Assembly (NCBI GenBank): GCA_964612275.1
Contig: CAZTES010000003.1
Span: forward strand, 2,834 to 58,919
Source: an uncultured Rikenellaceae bacterium
GTDB taxonomy: Bacteria; Bacteroidota; Bacteroidia; Bacteroidales; VadinHA17
DNA length: 56,086 bases
Direction of reading: 5' to 3'
Below, piece by piece: positions 1-8,558 of the stretch (positions within the stretch are counted from its first letter, which is position 1; each line of letters starts with the position of its first letter). The translations under genes were made by a program, and so were the position numbers. The notes below the pieces were generated by a model. The model worked only from the letters and a program-made list of their open reading frames with translations, did no database searches and was not told the DNA's origin.

Positions 1-1393
1 AATTTTTCCCGGGTTTTCCGGTTATGACCAGGGTATACACCTGCCCGTTTTCGCTGGTTAAATTGTATGTCCCGGCAAGGTTTGGCAGATTCATATCGGA
101 TAGGATGAATCGTTCTCCCTGGATCCAGTTTTCAAAAAGTATGGTATTCTCATCGAAAAGAGCCCCTGATGTTATCAGAAAATTTGCCAGCATGCCTTTT
201 TCCAGCTTGCCTACAAGATGCTCCATATGCAACATCCTGGCAGGTTCCAGGGTAAGTGCTTTTAAGGCATCTTCTTCCTTCAACCCATGCTCAATGGCTT
301 TGCGTATATTGGGCCAGAACTCTTTCCTATTGCTCAAACCATCGGAGGTGAGAGCAAAAGGGATATTCTCACGGGTAAGCACTGCCGGGTTTACAGGAGC
401 TAACTCCCAGTGCTTCAAATCCTCAAGAGGGATTAACATGCTTTTATACGGATCGGAAACATCCATAGCTTTTGGAAAATTAACCGGGATAATCAGTGGA
501 GCACCCGTTTCACCGATCTCTTTGATGATTTGATATTCCTTTCCATCACCCCGGATGATGTATTGAACACCAAATTCATCCCCAACCTTGTCTGCCCGCA
601 GAACAGAGAACTTATCGATAACTTCAAAAATCTGAGGCAGAGCCTGGTTTTCATTCCATGCGTCCAGTGAAAGATCATAAAAAGGTTTGTCTGGCAGTGA
701 CATGTACCAGCTGGCATCCAGGTAAGTTTGCCGGAGCAGGGCAATCGATCCCATGAGGGAACCGGGGTAATTTTGCCCGGAACTGCCCTTGTCAAACGAA
801 TAGTGTGCAGCCACTTTTTCAGTGAGCATGACTTCGTTTGGATTTTTCGTGGCTAATGTAACCAGCGTGGAGGTCCCACGTGCAATTCCATCTGCCCTGA
901 AGGTGAGTGCTGTTCCGAAACCGAGCTCTCTGAGAGCACCAGCCTCCCTGTCGTTTACCTGGAACTCCTTCGAAGCATGATACCACGACTTAATGGCTTC
1001 GTTCCAATTATAGGCTCCGGGTGTGTTGGATTCGAACTGTGGTGTACTCATCCGGAACCCCCTTGAACTGCCGGCTGTCTCTCTATCGCTTGGGAGCCCA
1101 TAATGACTGTAAATCTCTACCAGTGAAGGATAGATGTATTTTCCTGAGAGATCAATTACGACGGCATGATCAGGAATTTCCAGATTGGAACCGATCTGAA
1201 GTATAACATCTTCCTGGATGATCAGATCAGCTCCTTCCAACCGTGTCTGATAATCGGTTACAATGGTGGCATTCCTGAAAGCATACAGGGTGGCACGATC
1301 ATCCCGGATACCTGTTACAGGGAATGTCTCCTGTGAAAGCACCTGGAAATGATACAATACCAGTAAAAACAAGATCATCTGTGACTTTTTCAT
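1..1393 (-). CDS. Amidohydrolase-family protein with signal peptide, 3'-truncated by the window edge
   Basis: Not in the ORF track. Manual translation from ATG 1393 gives MKKSQMILFLLVLYHFQVLSQETFPVTG...AFRNATIV...IDLSGKYIYPSLVEIYSHYGL. Later DALKALTLEPARML...GKLEKGMLANFLI matches the amidohydrolase C-terminal motif. Confidence 0.85.
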   Translation of the reverse strand, partial: MKKSQMILFLLVLYHFQVLSQETFPVTGIRDDRATLYAFRNATIVTDYQTRLEGADLIIQEDVILQIGSNLEIPDHAVVIDLSGKYIYPSLVEIYSHYGLPSDRETAGSSRGFRMSTPQFESNTPGAYNWNEAIKSWYHASKEFQVNDREAGALRELGFGTALTFRADGIARGTSTLVTLATKNPNEVMLTEKVAAHYSFDKGSSGQNYPGSLMGSIALLRQTYLDASWYMSLPDKPFYDLSLDAWNENQALPQIFEVIDKFSVLRADKVGDEFGVQYIIRGDGKEYQIIKEIGETGAPLIIPVNFPKAMDVSDPYKSMLIPLEDLKHWELAPVNPAVLTRENIPFALTSDGLSNRKEFWPNIRKAIEHGLKEEDALKALTLEPARMLHMEHLVGKLEKGMLANFLITSGALFDENTILFENWIQGERFILSDMNLPNLAGTYNLTSENGQVYTLVITGKPGKN

Positions 1394-1477
1394 GGGAATA
1401 GTAAATAAGTTTGAAGCCTAAATGTAGAAAAATCAATTCAATCCTGCCAGATGTTTAAAAACAAAAAATAACCATTT

Positions 1478-2137
1478 CTATTTTTTGGCTAATCCATGGG
1501 CAAGAATTTCAGAAAATTCTTTTGCAGTGCTGGCAATTTCCTGCTCGGGAATAGAGAATGCCTGCTTTTGCTCTTTGATGTTTTTTTGCTGGTCAATCTT
1601 GTGTCGAATCGTCAGGAAATCGTTGATTCCCAATTGAATCTGCATGATCAGATATGCCATAAGATCGGTGCGGATATCCATTCGTAACGCTCTTTTTGCC
1701 TTGTATGTCTCTATTATGGAGGTTAGCAATTCGATCATCATCTCTTTGGAACGGATCAGTAAATTACTTAACTCTTCGTTGGTTCTTTCCTGCATGGAAT
1801 TGTAGAGGAAAGTACTCTGTAGAGGGTAGGAGAGATAAAACCTGATCTGCATCGAAAAATTTTGCTCAAACAGAGAAAAAAAATCGCCTGCAGGCAACTC
1901 GAAAAATTCTTTTACATGGTCCGTTCGCAGGGCTGTAGCCTGATCAACGAGGAAAAGGTAAAGCGCTTTCTTGCTTTCAAAATAGCGATAAAAACTTCCT
2001 TTTGCTATCCCCAGTTTTAATACAATACGGGAAACGGATGCGTTTTTGTAGTCGTGCTGTGCAAACTCCTCAAAACAAGCCTGAATGATCTCATTCTTTC
2101 TCTCCTGTGACAGGTTGTTAAACGTTGATTTTGGCAT
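1478..2137 (-). CDS. TetR/AcrR-family transcriptional regulator
   Basis: N-terminal HTH EEFAQHDYKNASVSRIVLKLGIAKGSFYRYFESKKALY. Confidence 0.93.
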   Translation of the reverse strand: MPKSTFNNLSQERKNEIIQACFEEFAQHDYKNASVSRIVLKLGIAKGSFYRYFESKKALYLFLVDQATALRTDHVKEFFELPAGDFFSLFEQNFSMQIRFYLSYPLQSTFLYNSMQERTNEELSNLLIRSKEMMIELLTSIIETYKAKRALRMDIRTDLMAYLIMQIQLGINDFLTIRHKIDQQKNIKEQKQAFSIPEQEIASTAKEFSEILAHGLAKK

Positions 2138-2150
2138 AATATAATGATTA

Positions 2151-2201
2151 GCGACTATATAGTCACAAATATATTAAAAAATCATGTGACTCTTTAGTCG
2201 C
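2151..2201. promoter_or_regulatory. Two palindromic operator-like sites flanking a Bacteroidota -7 box of the tetR promoter
   Basis: GCGACTATATAGTCAC (2151-2166) and GTGACTCTTTAGTCGC (2186-2201) are inverted copies of each other (14/16), each with a GACT-N4-AGTC dyad. Minus-strand TATATTTG (TAnnTTTG) lies at 2166-2173. Confidence 0.7.
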
Positions 2202-2361
2202 ATTACAATTTTTTTCATTTTATTGTAAATGATAACCAAGTTGAGCATATCCCAATAAATATGCAAGGATTATCCGTTAGCTAATAAATATTTCGTAAAT
2301 TCAGCATTTCAATCTTTCTGCATCGTATGCAATAGATTTTCAGGACTTAAGCTGTATAACC

Positions 2362-4446
2362 ATGAAAACGAAAGCACAATTAAACTGCATTATTTTTTTA
2401 GCATTTGTTACTTTTTTCAATGCTAACGGACAATTATTACCGGATCAGTATAAAACTATTTTGCCGGAATCCATTATGGATGAAATTATTGGAGAGTGTT
2501 CGGGAGAAATAGCAATGAACCATATGATTGAAATGTCGGGTTATAACCGAGACCGGTTGGAAAATGAATTTGCCACCACTTTTCTTGAGGCGGAATATGT
2601 ATTGGAAAAGCTTATCGGTTATGGCATACCAGATGCGAAAATTGAAAGATTCCCGGGAGGAGTGGTATGGGATGGAATAAAGGGCGAGCTATGGGAAATT
2701 AGCCCTGAGCGGACTAAAATTGCTGATTATGATGATCTCAGGGCTGTTCTTGCCTCCGGGAGCAGGAATACAGATGTTGAAGCAGAACTCATCTGGATCG
2801 ATGAAGGAGAGCCTGAGGATTTTGAAAACAAAGATGTTAACGGGAAGATTGTTGTTACATCCGGGTCAGTATCCGGGGTTCATAACCGAGCTATTGCCAG
2901 GGGGGCTGTGGGGATCGTTTCGATGAATACTCCCAGGCCTTTGAAGGATCCGCTTCAAATTCCGTGGAGAGGTCTTCGCGGAGAGGATGCCACGTTTGCC
3001 TTTAATCTGAATGCCAGGGAAGGCGAGATTCTGAAAACCCGGCTAGTAAATGGTGAAGTGATCCGTGTACATGCCCTGGTAGAAAGTGCTCAGCGTGACT
3101 ATGAACTACAGGATCCGACAGCAGTGATTTATGGCACTGACAGGGATGCAGGAGAAGTGATTTTTTCTGCACACCTGTTTGAAGGATATACCAAACAGGG
3201 AGCCAATGATAATATTTCTGGCAGTGCCGTTATACTGGATGTTGCCCGTACTCTGAATGCATTGATCGAAGAGGGGCGAATTCCCAGGCCAAAAAGAAAC
3301 ATACGATTCCTGTGGATTCCTGAATTTTCCGGAACAGGACCTTGGGTTAATGCTCACAAGGAATTGATGGAGAATACGTTGTGTAATATTAATCTGGATA
3401 TGGTAGGTCTCCACTTGAGCAAAAGCCACTCGTTTTTCTGCCTGATGCGAACTACTTTCGGGAATCCTCATTACCTGAATGATGTAATGGAACACTATTA
3501 CAGATATGTGGGTGAAACCAACCGGGAGATGATCCATAACAGGAGAGCCGGTGGATTTACTAAAAGGATTGTTGCTCCAAGTGGTTCGGATGATCCTTTC
3601 TACTACAAAATTGATCCACACTATGGTGCTTCCGATCATGAAGTCTTTAATGACTGGGGAATCCAGGTTCCCGGGATCATGATGATCACCTGGCCCGATT
3701 TGTACTACCATACTTCGGAGGACCGTCCCTATCATTGTGATGCTACACAGATGAAAAGGGTAGCTGTGATTGCCGCAGCTTCAGCATATACCATTGCCAG
3801 TGCAGAGAATAACATGGCAATGAAGATTGCTGGTGAAACGTTCAGCCATGCTGCCAACAGGCTGGGTATCCAATTCGGACGTGGGATTGATGAATTATCT
3901 GCAACAACTGCAAATGAATTTGCACATACCTATAAAAAGGTCAGAAGCTATATTGAGGCGATTGTGATGAATGAAAAGGAGACGTTGGAGAGTATCATTG
4001 AACTAAGCAGTAACCCAGAAGAGATGAATAATTACATCAAAACCGTTCAAGCTTCAGTTCAAAAAATTGGTGAAGGACAGTTGGCTGCGCTGGATGAACA
4101 CATGAAAACCGTTGCCCGGCAGTTGAACGTAAAGCCTGTAACGATCCAGCTGAATGATCTGGAAAAGAGGGCAGCCCGCATGATTCCCAGAGAGACTGCA
4201 AAGGTAAAAGATGCCGGATACCAGGGACATTCCCGGATTTTAAGGGAACTGCCGACCAACATTACGGACATGTACCCGGTCATTTCTCTCTATGACAGCA
4301 GGGAATTATGCCGGCTGGTAAACGGAAAACACAGTGCATTGGACATCAAAAAGTTACTCGATATACAATCAACCACTGAATCAGACCTGCAATCGATCAT
4401 GAACTACCTTGAACGGTTGAAACATGCCGGCCTGATTGAAATGTGA
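2362..4446 (+). CDS. Secreted M28-family (DUF4910-like) metallopeptidase with PA domain
   Basis: Signal peptide; PA domain (DVNGKIVV...GAVGIVS); zinc-ligand motifs SAHLFE, GANDNISG, WIPEFSG, NLDMVG, YHTSED. Confidence 0.85.
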   Translation: MKTKAQLNCIIFLAFVTFFNANGQLLPDQYKTILPESIMDEIIGECSGEIAMNHMIEMSGYNRDRLENEFATTFLEAEYVLEKLIGYGIPDAKIERFPGGVVWDGIKGELWEISPERTKIADYDDLRAVLASGSRNTDVEAELIWIDEGEPEDFENKDVNGKIVVTSGSVSGVHNRAIARGAVGIVSMNTPRPLKDPLQIPWRGLRGEDATFAFNLNAREGEILKTRLVNGEVIRVHALVESAQRDYELQDPTAVIYGTDRDAGEVIFSAHLFEGYTKQGANDNISGSAVILDVARTLNALIEEGRIPRPKRNIRFLWIPEFSGTGPWVNAHKELMENTLCNINLDMVGLHLSKSHSFFCLMRTTFGNPHYLNDVMEHYYRYVGETNREMIHNRRAGGFTKRIVAPSGSDDPFYYKIDPHYGASDHEVFNDWGIQVPGIMMITWPDLYYHTSEDRPYHCDATQMKRVAVIAAASAYTIASAENNMAMKIAGETFSHAANRLGIQFGRGIDELSATTANEFAHTYKKVRSYIEAIVMNEKETLESIIELSSNPEEMNNYIKTVQASVQKIGEGQLAALDEHMKTVARQLNVKPVTIQLNDLEKRAARMIPRETAKVKDAGYQGHSRILRELPTNITDMYPVISLYDSRELCRLVNGKHSALDIKKLLDIQSTTESDLQSIMNYLERLKHAGLIEM

Positions 4447-4453
4447 TTTTTTT

Positions 4454-5884
4454 ATGAAAGAGAAAGCGATACCAGAAATAAAGCTACTGGATAAAGAACA
4501 GCAGTCCTTTATCCACCAGAATTCGCTTCAGATCCTTGCCCGGACCGGAGTGAAGGTGGAATCCATTAAAGCCCGGGAACTGTTTGCAAAAGCCATTGGA
4601 AAACCCAAGGATCCTGAAAAGGTTTGTATCCCCTCTGATCTGGTTGAATGGGCGATAGAGTCTGCTCCTTCAAACATCACACTGTTTGACCGGTATGGAA
4701 AGGAGGCATTCCGTCTTGGTACAGATTCTAACGGTAATAAGGTTTTTGGGATAGGTGTCACCAACACGCATTATCAGGATTACAAAACAGACAGCCTGCT
4801 CCCCTTCACCAGGGAGCACATGAAGATTTCGAGCCGGTTGGGAAATGCACTTTCCGAATTCGATGTGGTTTCAACGATCGGAATTCCTTCGGATGTTACC
4901 CCGGAGGTTGCTGATCTGTATGGTACACTGGATATGTATGCCAATACGAGCAAGACCCTGGTTATTCTGATCATGAATGATGCCAGCATTTCATCGGTTT
5001 TCGAATTGATCTCTCATTTAAGTACCAATGCATTCGATAACTCCTCTATTATAACCTATGTAAATCCGGTCACCCCCCTGATCCTGAATAATGGAACGGT
5101 GCAGAAGATGATCCATTCCATTGAGCTTGGTTATCCGGTAGCCTATTCCAATTACAGCATGTATGGTGCAACAACACCGGCACCGGCAGTGGGAACTCTG
5201 AGTTTGATGAATGCTGAGCTGTTGGCCGGTTTGGTTCTCAGCCAGCTCATACGGGAAGGAGCTCCCATGATCCTGGGCAGCCTTCCGGCAAGTTTTGATA
5301 TGACAACCATGGCAAGTCCTTTTACTCCACAGACTTTTTTACTGAACCTTGCCTGTGCCGAGATGATGGATCATTACGGTTTGCCACATTGCGGAACGTC
5401 GGGTAGTGGTGCAGGGTGGGGCGCAGATTTGCCGGCAGCGGATATGTTGTGGATGAACCACCTGACCAGCTGTCTGGGCAAGGTTGGCCTGGTCCCTTTT
5501 GTTGGCAGCAACTTTGAATCCCTGGCGTTCTCCCCGGCTATGGCGATTCATTCGAACCAGATCATCCGGCAGGTCAGGGAATTCATGTGTGGAATCGGAT
5601 TGGAGAATTTCTCTGATAGTTTCAATGAGATCATGAAAGCCGGGCCTGGAGGGAATTTTCTCACTTCTGGACAAACTCTGAAAGGAATGGGATCCTTCAA
5701 AAAACAGGATAATATCTGGCCGGGAATGACGGTTGAGAAATGGGAAAGTGAGGGAAACCCCAAAGCCTCAGAACGGTTGAATAAATATGTTGAAGCGTTG
5801 ATGAATAGCCTGGAACCACCGGATGATTGCAACCAGATCATGGAAAAGGGGGAGGAGATGATCCACAAGATGATCGCTAAATAA
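4454..5884 (+). CDS. Trimethylamine methyltransferase (MttB superfamily, COG5598) protein, non-pyrrolysine type
   Basis: IHQNSLQILARTGVKV, IPSDLVEWAIESAPS, NPVTPL, GATTPAPAVGTLSLMNAELLAGLVLSQLIREGAPMILG, YGLPH, GPGGNFLTSGQT, WESEG. No in-frame TAG. Confidence 0.88.
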   Translation: MKEKAIPEIKLLDKEQQSFIHQNSLQILARTGVKVESIKARELFAKAIGKPKDPEKVCIPSDLVEWAIESAPSNITLFDRYGKEAFRLGTDSNGNKVFGIGVTNTHYQDYKTDSLLPFTREHMKISSRLGNALSEFDVVSTIGIPSDVTPEVADLYGTLDMYANTSKTLVILIMNDASISSVFELISHLSTNAFDNSSIITYVNPVTPLILNNGTVQKMIHSIELGYPVAYSNYSMYGATTPAPAVGTLSLMNAELLAGLVLSQLIREGAPMILGSLPASFDMTTMASPFTPQTFLLNLACAEMMDHYGLPHCGTSGSGAGWGADLPAADMLWMNHLTSCLGKVGLVPFVGSNFESLAFSPAMAIHSNQIIRQVREFMCGIGLENFSDSFNEIMKAGPGGNFLTSGQTLKGMGSFKKQDNIWPGMTVEKWESEGNPKASERLNKYVEALMNSLEPPDDCNQIMEKGEEMIHKMIAK

Positions 5885-7200
5885 TGATGGTTCGGAAGGA
5901 CACTGAGCGTAAAAAACTCGGCCTCTGGATGAGTACGAGCCTGGTTGCCGGGAACATGATTGGTTCGGGTATTTTCCTTCTTCCTGCAGCCCTGGCTTTT
6001 TTTGGTGGTATCTCTCTTTTTGGATGGCTCTTCTCTGCTATGGGTGCCATCTTTCTGGCACTGGTTTTCTCGCGGCTCAGCCGGTTCATTTCAGGTGCTG
6101 GAGGGCCCTATATATACACCCGGGAAGCATTCGGAGACCTGAACGGATTCCTGGTTGCCTGGGGATACTGGATAGCACTCTGGAGTGGCAACGCTGCCAT
6201 TGCTTTAGCTGCAGTGGGCTACCTGGGGGCTTTTTTCCCTATACTGGCTAAAGATCCTGTAATTGGTGGTCTGACAGCCATCGGACTGATCTGGCTTTTT
6301 TCCTGGATCAATATGCTCGGGATACGGGAAGCAGGTATGGTTCAGTTGGTTACCACTATATTGAAACTTCTACCGCTGATCCTGATCGGAACGGTTGGCT
6401 TTCTTCACTTCCGATCGGAAAACTTTTCCCCCCTGAACCTTAGCGATAAAACGAATTTCTCAGCCATCACAACCACAGCTGCCCTTACCCTGTGGGCATT
6501 TATGGGCCTTGAATCTGCCACCATACCCTCAGACCAGGTAAAGGATCCCAGGCGAACCATTCCTATAGCTACCATCCTGGGTACAATCCTGGTATTGGTT
6601 GTATGCATAGCAGGGACCGGAGCGGTTATGGGAATCATCTCCCCATCCGAGTTATCCACATCAGCTTTTCCCTTTGCCGATGCTGCCGATAGGATCTGGG
6701 GCAGATGGGCAAGGTATGCAGTGGCAACAGGTGCCCTGGTTGCCTGCCTGGGAGCATTGAATGGATGGATCCTGCTTCAGGGGCAATTTCCACTTGCGGC
6801 AGCCAGGGACAGACTCTTTCCGTTGCTCTTTTCCAAATTATCCCGGAAAGGTATCCCTGTTTTGGGGATCATCGTTTCCAGCCTCCTGTCATCCCTCCTG
6901 ATCATCATGAACTATACACGGGGACTGGTGAGCATGTTTACCTTTCTCATCATGCTTTCTACCCTTTCCACCCTGATCCCTTATGCATACTCTTCCCTGG
7001 CAGATGTGTTGTTTTGCTTCCGGGAAGATAGAAAACAATACAGAAGTTCAATTCTAATCCGTTTGTTTATTGCCTTATCTGCCCTGGCATTCTCATTATG
7101 GGCTATCTGGGGTCTCGGTTTTATAACAGTTTTATGGGGAATCGTGCTGCTGGCAATGGGACTCCCGTTTTTCTTCTATCTGCGAAGGAGAAAGGGATAA
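5884..7200 (+). CDS. APC-family amino acid/polyamine permease (AdiC/PotE-like)
   Basis: About 12 TM helices; GNMIGSGIFLLP, GGPYIYTREAFG, LWAFMGLESA motifs. TAATG overlap with the upstream stop. Confidence 0.93.
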   Translation: MMVRKDTERKKLGLWMSTSLVAGNMIGSGIFLLPAALAFFGGISLFGWLFSAMGAIFLALVFSRLSRFISGAGGPYIYTREAFGDLNGFLVAWGYWIALWSGNAAIALAAVGYLGAFFPILAKDPVIGGLTAIGLIWLFSWINMLGIREAGMVQLVTTILKLLPLILIGTVGFLHFRSENFSPLNLSDKTNFSAITTTAALTLWAFMGLESATIPSDQVKDPRRTIPIATILGTILVLVVCIAGTGAVMGIISPSELSTSAFPFADAADRIWGRWARYAVATGALVACLGALNGWILLQGQFPLAAARDRLFPLLFSKLSRKGIPVLGIIVSSLLSSLLIIMNYTRGLVSMFTFLIMLSTLSTLIPYAYSSLADVLFCFREDRKQYRSSILIRLFIALSALAFSLWAIWGLGFITVLWGIVLLAMGLPFFFYLRRRKG

Positions 7201-7298
7201 GTTATAAGTTACAAGTGATTTGTTATAAGTTATGGATTTTTAAATATTTATGACTGAATTTTAATTACTTATCAACTTATCAACGTATAACTTATAAC
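7201..7298. repeat. Facing GTTATAA-type heptamer arrays between convergent genes
   Basis: GTTATAA GTTACAA GTGATTT GTTATAA GTTATGG follows the permease stop. The reverse complement TTATCAAC TTATCAAC GTATAAC TTATAAC abuts the HD gene stop. Confidence 0.75.
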
Positions 7299-7849
7299 TG
7301 TTTTTTTCCGAATTTTCCTTTTCCTGCGCTCACCAGTTCATCAAATGCATCTTCAAGCATCTTGTTCACGTTCCTCAGTCCGTTAGCCACCTGCTCAGCC
7401 CAGTCAATGTACTCCAGTTTTCTCCTGGTATTCCAGTACAGGGGTGGATTTTCCAGAAGATCTCTCATGTTGCTGATTTTATCTGCCAGTTTAATTTGTT
7501 TAGCGGCATCCGAAAGGTTTGCTGCATGCTCAATCTGTAATTTCTTTCTGACAAACCGGGGAAGTCGTTTATCATCCGTTACCTCTTTTACCAGGGCGGA
7601 TACCTTGGATCCAAAAAGTTCGCTCACCTCTTCCGGACGGGTTGATGTGTCTTCAACGGTATCGTGTAAAATTGCAGCAGTAAGAATGGTTGGATCAAAC
7701 ACGGCTCCGATCTCTGTTAATACGTAACAGACATCGATGGGATGGTTGATATAGGGTGTTTTTCTTTTGTCTTTTCGACGCTGGTTCCTGTGCTTGCCTG
7801 CTGCAAAGTGCAGGGCTTTAAGGAATGCGGATAATCCTTCAGGATTCAT
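7292..7849 (-). CDS. Mesh1/HDDC3-like HD-domain (p)ppGpp/NADPH hydrolase (small alarmone hydrolase)
   Basis: HRNQRRKD..PYINHP, AAILHDTVEDT, EVTDDK, IKLADKISN. Start taken at MNPEG (7849), 1 nt after the upstream stop. Confidence 0.88.
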   Translation of the reverse strand: MNPEGLSAFLKALHFAAGKHRNQRRKDKRKTPYINHPIDVCYVLTEIGAVFDPTILTAAILHDTVEDTSTRPEEVSELFGSKVSALVKEVTDDKRLPRFVRKKLQIEHAANLSDAAKQIKLADKISNMRDLLENPPLYWNTRRKLEYIDWAEQVANGLRNVNKMLEDAFDELVSAGKGKFGKKQL

Positions 7850-7850
7850 G

Positions 7851-8189
7851 TTATAAATCATTGTATTTTTTTGCGGTGTTCCGGGACTTTTCAACGGGAT
7901 ATTTTATACTGTTTTTACGGATTTTTTCCAGGACAATTTTTTTTATGTCCAGTCCATGTTTGTTTGCAAGCAGCAGGCTAAATGCAAAAATATCCGCCAG
8001 CTCATCGCACAGTTTTTCCCGGCTGACAAGCTCTGCCTCTTCCTCCTTTTTCCAGAGGAATAATTCATTCAATTCAGCAGCTTCTATTGAGATGGCAAGT
8101 GCCAGGTCCTTTGAATTGTGAAATTGTTTCCAATTTCGTTCATCCCGGAACCTGACCAGTTCATGGATCATTTGATCGATATCAGACAT
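7851..8189 (-). CDS. MazG-like nucleotide pyrophosphohydrolase (dCTP pyrophosphatase/DCTPP1 type)
   Basis: FRDERNWKQFHNSKDLALAISIEAAELNELFLWK...DELADI...KYPVEKSR..AKKY. Start taken at MSDID (8189). Confidence 0.92.
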   Translation of the reverse strand: MSDIDQMIHELVRFRDERNWKQFHNSKDLALAISIEAAELNELFLWKKEEEAELVSREKLCDELADIFAFSLLLANKHGLDIKKIVLEKIRKNSIKYPVEKSRNTAKKYNDL

Positions 8190-8296
8190 GGTAATATTGG
8201 TTTGTGGTGTAAAGGTATAAAATAATGTTTTTAATTGGGGGATTGAACAGGTATATGCAAATAGGGCCTCCAGATTCATAAGGTGAAGGAATAAGC

Positions 8297-8418
8297 AAAT
8301 AGCAAAAAACAAGTTCCAAACAACTTCCAATTTCAAAACTTCAAACAACAAGAATTTGGGAATTGGATTCTGGTGATTAGAATATTATTTGTTATTTGAG
8401 ATTTACCATTTGGAATTT
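8297..8418. repeat. Degenerate inverted heptamer array (AAATTCC-like left arm, ATTTGGA-like right arm)
   Basis: AAATAGC AAAAAAC AAGTTCC AAAC..., then TTTGGGA ATTGGAT...ATTTGTT ATTTGAG ATTTACC ATTTGGA ATTT, in a divergent intergenic region. Confidence 0.6.
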
Positions 8419-8558
8419 AATCAAATCGAATCAATATAAAGTTCTATAAACGTGACGCAATCGTCAAGTACAATAAATCTTTGTACCTTAGAAACATTAA
8501 CCAATTGCTTTACACTTTGGGATTGATCAAGAGATACCTGTTGTCCGGTCCCGGTTTA

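Noticed and set aside
24-1206. ORF-track entries 24-533, 493-795 and 1021-1206
   Set aside because: They are shadow frames of the minus-strand amidohydrolase gene. The same applies to most short ORFs nested in long genes, including 54689-55967 opposite the TPR-LuxR gene.
4454-5884. Pyrrolysine or selenocysteine recoding in the MttB-like gene
   Set aside because: The ORF is full length with no in-frame TAG or TGA, and no pyl or sel genes are in the window.
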